Source: Candidatus Limnocylindrales bacterium (GTDB lineage Bacteria > Chloroflexota > Limnocylindria > Limnocylindrales > CSP1-4). Taken from it: 40,466 bases of DNA. A model generated the notes under the pieces. That model did not search any database. It had not been told where the DNA came from and saw nothing but the letters and a program-made list of their open reading frames with translations. This document shows, piece after piece, positions 1-7,105 of this stretch; positions within the stretch are counted from its first letter, which is position 1; every line of letters begins with the position of its first letter. Where the stretch lies: assembly GCA_030647575.1 (NCBI GenBank), contig JAUSJS010000027.1, forward strand, positions 1 to 40,466. Direction: 5' to 3'. The position numbers and the translations under genes are program-made.

Positions 1-441
1 GAGATCCGACGCCTTGGTCGGCGGGCGGCCGAGTTCGAGCAATTGATCGGCAGCCGGGTCGATGGACACCCGCTGCTCGGACTATCCGGGGTCGGCAGCC
101 TGACCGCCGCCCGGCTCCTGGCCGAGACCGGCGACATCACCCGGTTCCGTTCCTCTGACGCATTCGCGATGCTGGCCGGGGTCGCCCCGATCCCGGCCTC
201 GTCGGGTGAGGTCCGGCGGATGCGTCTCAACCGTCACGGCAACCGCAAGCTCAACCGGGCCCTCTATACGATCGCCCAGAGCCAGGCGCTCCATCACCTG
301 CCGGCCAAGGCCTACCTCGCCCGCAAGCGCACTGCCGGCAAGAGTCGGCCCGAAGCTTTGCGTTGCCTCAAGCGCCAGCTGGTCCGGCGCGTCTTCGGGC
401 TGATGCTGACGGGCCAGTCCGCCCAACCGATGGCCGCTTGA
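1..441 (+). CDS. IS110-family transposase, C-terminal part (N-terminus lies left of the window)
   Basis: Frame 1 is open from nt 1 to TGA 439-441; the listed ORF 43..441 is only its Met-bounded tail. The tail GVGSLTAARLLAETGDITRFRSSDAFAMLAGVAPIPASSGEVRRMRLNRHGNRKLNRALYTIAQSQ fits the conserved C-terminal IS116/IS110/IS902 (Transposase_20) domain. Confidence 0.85.
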   Translation, partial: EIRRLGRRAAEFEQLIGSRVDGHPLLGLSGVGSLTAARLLAETGDITRFRSSDAFAMLAGVAPIPASSGEVRRMRLNRHGNRKLNRALYTIAQSQALHHLPAKAYLARKRTAGKSRPEALRCLKRQLVRRVFGLMLTGQSAQPMAA

Positions 442-500
442 CAGTCATAGGAGCTTGTCGCGGGCGCGTCGTCTGGCGGTCGGCCAGGACGCCAGACGCC
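1..500 (+). mobile_element. Right-hand portion of an IS110-family insertion sequence (right boundary not determinable from sequence alone)
   Basis: Transposase 3' end plus short non-coding flank with a 9-bp hairpin (470-478 / 490-498). IS110 elements lack classical terminal inverted repeats, so the end cannot be placed without a second copy or an empty site. Confidence 0.4.
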
Positions 501-540
501 CCGACGCGCGCGGCGCCGACTCGGCATGACGGCCCCGTGA

Positions 541-569
541 TTGTCGCTCCCGAAGGCCTATGCTATCCT
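541..569 (+). promoter_or_regulatory. Candidate sigma-70-type promoter for infC-rpmI-rplT
   Basis: TTGTCG (541-546), a 17-nt spacer, then TATCCT (564-569), about 75 nt upstream of the infC start. Pattern match only. Confidence 0.3.
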
Positions 570-643
570 CCCGCTTCGGCCGTGCCGGGTCCTCGTGTAC
601 CCGCGCCGGTCGTTCAGAGAATCGGTAACGAAGGGGACAGACC

Positions 644-1495
644 ATCAGTCGAGACCTGCGCGTCAACCAGATGATCCGGATCCCACAGGTCCGGGTGGTC
701 GATGAAGAAGGTGCCCAGCTGGGTGTCATGCCCACGCCGCGGGCGCTCGAAATGGCGCAGGAGCGAGGATTGGACCTCGTCGAGGTCGCCCCGATGGCGT
801 CGCCGCCGGTCGTCAAGTTCCTCGATTTCGGACAGTACAAGTACGAGCTGACGAAGCGGGAGAAGGAAGCCAAGCGCAAGCAGCGCTCGGTAACATTCAA
901 GGAAGTTCGTCTCTCGCCGAAGATCGGCGTCGGCGACTTCGATACCAAGGTGAATCGGGCGATCGAGTTCCTCGAGGACGGCGATCGAATCAAGGTGACC
1001 GTTCGCTTTCGCGGGCGGGAGTTGACCCATCCGGAGCTCGGTCGGACTCTCATCGCGAGGTTCGCGGACCGGGTCAAGGACCACGGGGTCGCGGAACGAA
1101 CGCCGCTGCTCGAGGGCAAGTCGATGCACATCACGATGGCCTCGACCCACAAGCCCAAGGGCCACGACGGTCCGGTGGCCCGGAGCACTGACGGAGCGGA
1201 CGCCCGAGAGGCGGCGGTCGCACCGGCATCCACAGCGGCGGCGGCAACATCGGTAGCAGCGGCAACATCGGTAGCGGCGGCATCGACGGCAGCAGCGGCG
1301 CCCACGGGCGCGGCCCCGGCACCGGAGCCCGCCACGCTGGCGAAACCCGCCGCGGCGAAGCCCGCACCAGCGCCGGCGACCGAGGCCAGGGCCAGGTCGA
1401 GGGCCGCGGCCGCAACCGAACCGAAGACCGCAACCGAACCGAAGACGACCAACCACAAGACGCCGGCGCCGGAGCCGGTCCGAACGGGAGAGTGA
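644..1495 (+). CDS. infC: Translation initiation factor IF-3 with non-canonical ATC start and long C-terminal Ala/Pro-rich extension
   Basis: Core QVRVVDEEGAQLGVM...LDLVEVAP...PVVKFLDFGQYKYE...KEVRLSPKIGVGDFDTKVNRAIEFLEDGDRIKVTVRFRGRE is typical IF-3. The conserved N-terminal (I)SRDLRVNQ lies upstream of the first ATG (671). In-frame ATC at 644 is preceded by AAGGGGA (631-637). Confidence 0.9.
   Translation: MSRDLRVNQMIRIPQVRVVDEEGAQLGVMPTPRALEMAQERGLDLVEVAPMASPPVVKFLDFGQYKYELTKREKEAKRKQRSVTFKEVRLSPKIGVGDFDTKVNRAIEFLEDGDRIKVTVRFRGRELTHPELGRTLIARFADRVKDHGVAERTPLLEGKSMHITMASTHKPKGHDGPVARSTDGADAREAAVAPASTAAAATSVAAATSVAAASTAAAAPTGAAPAPEPATLAKPAAAKPAPAPATEARARSRAAAATEPKTATEPKTTNHKTPAPEPVRTGE
1241..1276 (+). 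repeat. Tandem 18-nt duplication inside the infC tail (encodes AATSVA x2)
   Basis: gcggcaacatcggtagca (1241-1258) is followed by gcggcaacatcggtagcg (1259-1276), 17/18 identical. Confidence 0.9.
1412..1447 (+). repeat. Tandem 18-nt duplication inside the infC tail (encodes ATEPKT x2)
   Basis: gcaaccgaaccgaagacc (1412-1429) is followed by gcaaccgaaccgaagacg (1430-1447), 17/18 identical. Confidence 0.9.
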
Positions 1496-1502
1496 GGCCA
1501 GA

Positions 1503-1700
1503 GTGCCCAAGATCAAGAGCCACAAGGCCGCCCAGAAGCGGATCGGCGTGACCGGCAGCGGCAAGTTCGTCCGCGTCAACGCCTGGAGCGGCCATCATCT
1601 CGAGATCAAGTCGTCCCGTCGGACGCGCCGCTATGCCGGCAAGTCCGTGATCGGGCCCGAGCACGCCAAGCAGGTCCGTCGCCTGCTGCCGTACCTCTAG
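1503..1700 (+). CDS. rpmI: 50S ribosomal protein L35
   Basis: GTG start. The 65-aa product MPKIKSHKAAQKRIGVTGSGKFVR... matches the typical L35 N-terminus, size and position between infC and rplT. Confidence 0.95.
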   Translation: MPKIKSHKAAQKRIGVTGSGKFVRVNAWSGHHLEIKSSRRTRRYAGKSVIGPEHAKQVRRLLPYL

Positions 1701-1715
1701 GAGCAGGTTCACCTC

Positions 1716-2066
1716 ATGTCACGAGTCAAGCGGGGCGTCACGGCCCACAAGCGCCACAAGCGTCTCCTCGACGACGCGGCGGGCCGGAAAGGCGCCAAAT
1801 CGCGTCTGATCAAGCCGGCCCGTGAGGCCCTGCTCCACGCGCTCGCCTACGCCACCCGCGATCGAAAGCAGCGCAAGCGCCAGATGCGCGAGCTGTGGAT
1901 CGTGCGGATCAACGCGGCAGCTCGCCAGAACGGCCTGACCTACGGGCAGTTCATCAACGGCCTGAAGAAGGCCGAGGTGGAGATCGACCGCAAGATCCTG
2001 GCCGATCTGGCTGTCCGCGATGCCGCCACCTTTGGCCGGATCGCCGAGCTCGCCAAGGGCGCGTGA
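1716..2066 (+). CDS. rplT: 50S ribosomal protein L20
   Basis: [18 protein letters not shown]...[23 protein letters not shown] is the canonical L20 sequence. An AGGAG SD overlaps the rpmI stop. Confidence 0.97.
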   Translation: MSRVKRGVTAHKRHKRLLDDAAGRKGAKSRLIKPAREALLHALAYATRDRKQRKRQMRELWIVRINAAARQNGLTYGQFINGLKKAEVEIDRKILADLAVRDAATFGRIAELAKGA

Positions 2067-2102
2067 CTGCCGTCCCGGTCGGACTCGCCCTGCTACCCTT
2101 CG

Positions 2103-2138
2103 ACGAGCCCTCGACGTCAGCGACGGTCGAGGGCTCGT
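2103..2138 (+). terminator. Perfect 13-bp stem-loop downstream of rplT (terminator or attenuator before pheS)
   Basis: acgagccctcgac (2103-2115) pairs with gtcgagggctcgt (2126-2138) around a 10-nt loop. It is followed by gattcc with no real U-tract. Confidence 0.45.
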
Positions 2139-2174
2139 GATTCCCGGCCGCACAATTCAGACGTAAGGACCCAC

Positions 2175-3215
2175 GTGGATCTCGCCGACCTGACCCGCGA
2201 GCTCGAGACGCTGCGCGCCGACGCGCTGGCGGCCATCGCGGGCGCGCCGGACAGCGCGACCCTCGAAGCGCTCGAGCTGGACGTGCTCGGCAAGAAGGGT
2301 CGGCTGACGACCGTGCTGCGCGGGATCGGGGCGCTCCCGCCCGACGATCGCCCGAAGGTCGGTGCCGTGGCCAATGCGGTCCGCGGGGCGATCGAATCGG
2401 CGCTCGCCGAGCGCGGCGCGGAGGTGCGCAGCACGGAGCTTGCCGCGCGCCTGGCCGCGGAGGCGGTCGATGTCACGACGCCCGGGCGACCGGTCCGCCG
2501 CGGCACCCTCCATCCGAGCATCGAGGCCATGCGCGAGATCGCCGAGATCTTCGAGCAGTTCGGGTTCGTGACCTACGAGAGCCCCGAGATCGAGGACGAC
2601 CGGACGAACTTCCAGATGCTCAACATCCCGCCCGACCATCCGGCTCGCGACCTGTGGGACACCCTCTACGTCGACGTCGAGGGCAAGCTGCTGCGAACAC
2701 ATACCTCGCCCGGTCAGATCCGGGTCATGCAGGCCGAGCGTCCGCCGATTCGGGCGCTCCTGCCGGGGCGCTGCTTCCGCTACGAGGCGGTCGACGCCAG
2801 CCACGCCTCGGAATTCTTCCAGGTCGAAGGCCTGATGATCGACGAAGGCACCACGATGGCCGACCTCAAGGGCCTGCTCGACCAGTTCGCCAAGGCGATG
2901 TTCGGGGCCGACAAGCGGACGCGCTTCCGTCCGGGCTACTACCCGTTCACCGAGCCGTCGGTGGCGTTCGACGTCGAGTGCCTGGTCTGCGGCGGTTCGG
3001 GCTGCCCGGCCTGCGGGCGCAGTGGCTGGATGACGATCCTGGGGGCCGGCATGGTCCACCCGGTCGTGCTCCAGTACGGCGGCCTCGATCCCGAGCGCTA
3101 CCAGGGCTTTGCGTTCGGCATGGGGCCCGAGCGGATCAAGATGCTCAAGCACGGGATCACGGACCTGCGCCTCTTCCTCGAAAACGACCTCCGCTTCCTG
3201 GAGCAGTTCCGGTGA
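2175..3215 (+). CDS. pheS: Phenylalanine--tRNA ligase alpha subunit
   Basis: GTG start with an AAGGA SD. Class II motifs are present: ...HPARDLWDTLY..., FRYEAVDASHASEFFQVEGL and GFAFGMGPERI. Confidence 0.96.
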   Translation: MDLADLTRELETLRADALAAIAGAPDSATLEALELDVLGKKGRLTTVLRGIGALPPDDRPKVGAVANAVRGAIESALAERGAEVRSTELAARLAAEAVDVTTPGRPVRRGTLHPSIEAMREIAEIFEQFGFVTYESPEIEDDRTNFQMLNIPPDHPARDLWDTLYVDVEGKLLRTHTSPGQIRVMQAERPPIRALLPGRCFRYEAVDASHASEFFQVEGLMIDEGTTMADLKGLLDQFAKAMFGADKRTRFRPGYYPFTEPSVAFDVECLVCGGSGCPACGRSGWMTILGAGMVHPVVLQYGGLDPERYQGFAFGMGPERIKMLKHGITDLRLFLENDLRFLEQFR

Positions 3216-5698
3216 GAGTGCCGCTCTCGTGGCTGCGCGACTACGTCGACGTCCAGCTGGCGCCCGAACAGCTGGCGGAACGCCTGACCCTGCTGGGCAT
3301 GGAGGTCCGCACCGTCGAGGCCTGGGGTGCCGGCTGGGAGGGCGTCGTGGTTGGCCAGCTGCTCGCGGTCGAGCGCCATCCGCGAGCGGACCGGCTCTCG
3401 CTGACCCGGGTCGACGTGGGCTCCGGGGAGCCGCTCGAGATCGTCTGCGGCGCGACGAACATCGCCGCCGGCCAGCGTGTGCCGGTCGCCCTCCCCGGTG
3501 CGGTCCTGCCCGGCAACCGGCGGATCGAGCGGACCGAGAAGATGGGCGTGGTCAGCAACGGAATGCTCTGTTCGGGCGACGAGCTGGACCTGACCGGCGA
3601 TGCGGATGGGATCCTGATCCTGCCGGTCGAGGCGCGGATCGGCGCGCCACTGGCCGAGCTCTACGGCGACACCGTGCTCGACGTGGACGTCAAGCCGAAT
3701 CGCGGCGACGCCCTGTGCATGATCGGCCTGGCCCGCGAGGTTTCGGCGGTCACCGGTGCTCCCGTGCGCTTCCCCGCGACCGATCCTCCCGAGTCGACCG
3801 ACCGGATCGAAGACCACCTCCAGGTCGAGGTCGAGGAGCCGGTGCTGTGCCCTCGTTTCGTCGGCCGTTGGGTCAGCGGCGTCCAGATCGGGCCGGCCCC
3901 GGAGCGCATCCAGAGGCGGCTCATCGCCGCTGGCCAGCGACCGGTCAGCAACGTCGTCGACGTCAGCAACTACGTGATGCTCGAGCTCGGCAAACCGATC
4001 CACACCTTTGATGCGGCGGCCGTCCGCGGGGGGCGGATCATCGTTCGTCTGGCCAGGGCCGGGGAGCGCCTCGAGACCCTCGACCACGTCATCCGCGAGC
4101 TGGAACCCGAGACGCTGCTCATCGCGGACCCTTCCGGGCCGCTCGGGATCGCCGGGGTGATGGGTGGCGCGACCTCGGAGATCAGCGACGCCACAACCGG
4201 TGTGATCGTCGAGTCAGCGATCTTCGATCCTGTGAGCATCCGCCGGACGGCCTTCCGCTACGCCCTGAGGTCCGAGGCGAGCCTGCGCTTCGAGAAGGGC
4301 CAGGAGCACCGGCTGGCCCGTCTCGGTGCCGACCGGACGGCTCGGCTCATCGCGGAGTGGGCGGGTGGCCGGGTCGCGACCGGCGTGGTCGATACCAACC
4401 CGACCGAGCCGGCTCCGGCCCGACTGGCCTTCCGGCCGGCCCGGGTCAACCGCCTGCTCGGCGTGGAGCTGCCGACCGCGGAGCAGCGAGACCTGCTGGC
4501 GCGGGTCGGCGTGCCGACCGACGTGGCGCCGGCCGGCACGCGGATCGCCGTCTCGTCCGAGCCGATGCCGCTCGAGGTCGAGGCCGGCGGCGCCGAGACG
4601 CTGATTGCGACGATCCCGAGCTGGCGACGCGACCTGGCCATCGAGGCCGACGTGGCCGAGGAGGTGGTCCGGGTCCGCGGCTATGACGTCGTCCCCGCGA
4701 TCCTGCCGCACACGCCCATGCCGCACTACCGGCATTCGCCGCTTCGGCTGCGCCACATGGTCCGCGAGACACTCGCCGGCGCCGGGCTGACCGAGGCGGT
4801 CACGTTCGCGCTCGTGTCGCCGACGCTGGTCGAGCGGTTTGGGCCGTCCGACGATCCCCCGGTGCCCGGGGAGGGTGAGGCGGGGGGTCGCCCGGTCACC
4901 GTCACGAACCCGCTCTCCAGCCAGCACTCGGTCATGCGCCAGAGCCTGCTCGGCAGCCTGCTCGAGGTCGTCTCGACGAACCTGCGACAGGACCGGCTGG
5001 ACGTGGCGATCTTCGAGATCGGCAAGGGCTACGGCGCAACCGACGAGGACGACTCGACCCACGAGTGGTGGCGCCTCGCCTTCGCGCTCACCGGCGCCGC
5101 CGAGATTCCGGCCTGGAACCGGCCTCCGCGCCCGTACGATCTCGACGACGCCAAGGGCGTGATCGAGCTGCTGGCGCGGCGTCTCGGCCTGCCGGGCCCG
5201 AACTACGTCGCCTTGACCGACGATCCGCGGCTGCATCCGGGACGGGCGGCCCGTGTCACGGCCGGCGATGGATTGGCGGGCCGGGTCGGCTCGCTCCACC
5301 CGGGCCTGCTCGACGACCTCGAGCTACGTGCGGCCGACGTCGTCGTCGCCGAGCTCGCGATCGCGGGCCTGTCCGGTGGACAGCCGAGCAGCCCGCGCAG
5401 CGTCACACCGTCCCGCCATCCCGCCGTCGATCGCGATCTCGCGGTGATCGTCGCCGATTCGAGGCCTGCGGCCGAGGTGGAGGCCACGATTCGGCGCCAC
5501 GGCGGGCCGCTCCTCCGATCGGTTGTCCTGTTCGACATCTATCGCGGGCGGCCACTGGGCGATCGAGAGAAGAGCCTGGCCTTCCGGCTGGCCTTCCAGG
5601 CCGAGGACCGAACGCTCACCGAGAACGACCTCGATGGCGCGATCGAGGCCGTGACCCGTGGCCTGGCGGCGGACGTCGGGGGCCATCTCCGAACCTGA
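3212..5698 (+). CDS. pheT: Phenylalanine--tRNA ligase beta subunit
   Basis: The listed ORF 2654..5698 is over-extended into pheS. The real N-terminus (V)RVPLSWLRDYVDV starts at GTG 3212, overlapping the pheS TGA (GTGA). A tRNA-binding OB domain (ERHPRADRLSLTRVDVG), B3/4-B5 and a C-terminal FDX-ACB region are recognisable. Confidence 0.93.
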   Translation: MRVPLSWLRDYVDVQLAPEQLAERLTLLGMEVRTVEAWGAGWEGVVVGQLLAVERHPRADRLSLTRVDVGSGEPLEIVCGATNIAAGQRVPVALPGAVLPGNRRIERTEKMGVVSNGMLCSGDELDLTGDADGILILPVEARIGAPLAELYGDTVLDVDVKPNRGDALCMIGLAREVSAVTGAPVRFPATDPPESTDRIEDHLQVEVEEPVLCPRFVGRWVSGVQIGPAPERIQRRLIAAGQRPVSNVVDVSNYVMLELGKPIHTFDAAAVRGGRIIVRLARAGERLETLDHVIRELEPETLLIADPSGPLGIAGVMGGATSEISDATTGVIVESAIFDPVSIRRTAFRYALRSEASLRFEKGQEHRLARLGADRTARLIAEWAGGRVATGVVDTNPTEPAPARLAFRPARVNRLLGVELPTAEQRDLLARVGVPTDVAPAGTRIAVSSEPMPLEVEAGGAETLIATIPSWRRDLAIEADVAEEVVRVRGYDVVPAILPHTPMPHYRHSPLRLRHMVRETLAGAGLTEAVTFALVSPTLVERFGPSDDPPVPGEGEAGGRPVTVTNPLSSQHSVMRQSLLGSLLEVVSTNLRQDRLDVAIFEIGKGYGATDEDDSTHEWWRLAFALTGAAEIPAWNRPPRPYDLDDAKGVIELLARRLGLPGPNYVALTDDPRLHPGRAARVTAGDGLAGRVGSLHPGLLDDLELRAADVVVAELAIAGLSGGQPSSPRSVTPSRHPAVDRDLAVIVADSRPAAEVEATIRRHGGPLLRSVVLFDIYRGRPLGDREKSLAFRLAFQAEDRTLTENDLDGAIEAVTRGLAADVGGHLRT

Positions 5699-5816
5699 CC
5701 GCATCAGACCGCCCCACCGCGGCCGTCGTCCCTTGCCGCGGCGGGATGGCCGCTGCTACCCTTGCGCGGCTTCGGCGCCGACGCAGGCCGGCCAGCCTGA
5801 CCATGGAGGCAGATGC

Positions 5817-6404
5817 GTGAACCTCGGGGAGTTCCTGGGCGGGATCGGGACCGTCGACCTGCTCATCGTCTTGTACTTCATCGGCTTCTTCGTGCTCGGC
5901 TTTGCCCAGGGCACGCTCCGCCGGCTGATCGGCATCGGCGCCATTCTCTTCTCGTTCCTGTTCGCGGCCAATCTCGCCGACCCGCTCGGACGCTTCCTCG
6001 CCGACCACTGGACGCAGTTCCCAAGGCCGTACAGCTACATGGTCGGGTTCGGGACCATCTTCTCGGCCGCCGCGCTCGCGTTGGCGCTCATCGTCCAGAG
6101 CTACTACAAGCCGCAGCAGCTGTTCAAGAAGGCGCGCTTCGCCGACGAGATCCTGGGCGGATTGCTCGGGCTGCTCCAGGCGGCGATCATCTTCGGGGCG
6201 GTCCTGATCATCCTCGACTCGTTCTTCCGCATCCCCGGGATCCCGCAGGATCCCCAGGAGCTGCCGTTCCTTCGCGAGTTCTGGGGTGGCCTCGATCACA
6301 CCCAGTTCGCTGTCCTCTTCCGCAACGCGCTCATCCCCTCGAGCTTCGTGCTCATCGGGTTGTTCATCCCGGACAATCTCAAAGTCGCCTACCCGCTGCG
6401 CTGA
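5817..6404 (+). CDS. CvpA/YshB-family integral membrane protein
   Basis: GTG 5817 is preceded by GGAGG (5805-5809). The product VNLGEFLGGIGTVDLLIVLYFIGFFVLGFAQG... has several hydrophobic helices, a typical CvpA layout. Its position after pheST matches Bacillus yshB synteny. Confidence 0.65.
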   Translation: MNLGEFLGGIGTVDLLIVLYFIGFFVLGFAQGTLRRLIGIGAILFSFLFAANLADPLGRFLADHWTQFPRPYSYMVGFGTIFSAAALALALIVQSYYKPQQLFKKARFADEILGGLLGLLQAAIIFGAVLIILDSFFRIPGIPQDPQELPFLREFWGGLDHTQFAVLFRNALIPSSFVLIGLFIPDNLKVAYPLR

Positions 6405-7096
6405 GCGATCCGCGCGTCTTCGACCGGGCGATCCTCGCCCGCCCCACCCTGGAGGCCGGTCGCGCGCTGCTCGGGGCGCAGTTGGTCCGCGACGACGCCA
6501 CCGGGCGACGGATTGGTCGGATCGTGGAGGTCGAGGCCTACATCGGCCGGGATGATCTGGCCTCGCATGCCCGGTTCGGGGAGACGGCCCGGAACCGGGT
6601 CATGTTCGGGCCTCCGGGCCGTGCCTACGTGTACCTTGTCTACGGGATGCATGCCTGCCTCAACGTGGTGACCGAACCGGAGGGTTTACCCGCCGCCCTG
6701 CTCGTCCGTGCCGTTGAACCGCTCGACGGGATCGACCGGATGCGCGCCGACCGGGTCGCCCGGGCGTCGGCCAACCGCCGGGTGACATCGCCGGAGCGTG
6801 CCGCCGCCGATGCCGAGCGAATTGCCCGGATCCCCGATGTGCGCCTGGCCAGCGGTCCGGGCCTGGTGGCGGCGGCATTCGGGCTCGACACCGCCTGGAC
6901 CGGCACCGACCTGTGCGACCCGGCCTCAGCGCTGCGCCTGGAGGTCTCAACGGCCAGCGTCGCCGAGCCGCCACCGCCGATCCGGGCCACGCTGCGAATC
7001 GGCATCGGATACGCCGGGGAGCCGTGGACCACGCAACCCTGGCGCCTCAGCCTGGCGGCCCACCCGTCGGTCTCCGGGCCACCCGGAACGGGCTAG
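6401..7096 (+). CDS. mpg: DNA-3-methyladenine glycosylase (Mpg/AAG family); start codon uncertain
   Basis: FDRAILARPTLEAGRALLGAQLV...GRIVEVEAYIGRDDLASHARFG...NRVMFGPPGRAYVYLVYGMHACLNVV matches the Mpg family. No ATG/GTG/TTG lies upstream of the conserved F (6419) in frame. The only near-cognate codon is CTG 6401, overlapping the cvpA stop. Confidence 0.8.
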   Translation: MSDPRVFDRAILARPTLEAGRALLGAQLVRDDATGRRIGRIVEVEAYIGRDDLASHARFGETARNRVMFGPPGRAYVYLVYGMHACLNVVTEPEGLPAALLVRAVEPLDGIDRMRADRVARASANRRVTSPERAAADAERIARIPDVRLASGPGLVAAAFGLDTAWTGTDLCDPASALRLEVSTASVAEPPPPIRATLRIGIGYAGEPWTTQPWRLSLAAHPSVSGPPGTG

Positions 7097-7105
7097 CGCA
7101 TCGCG

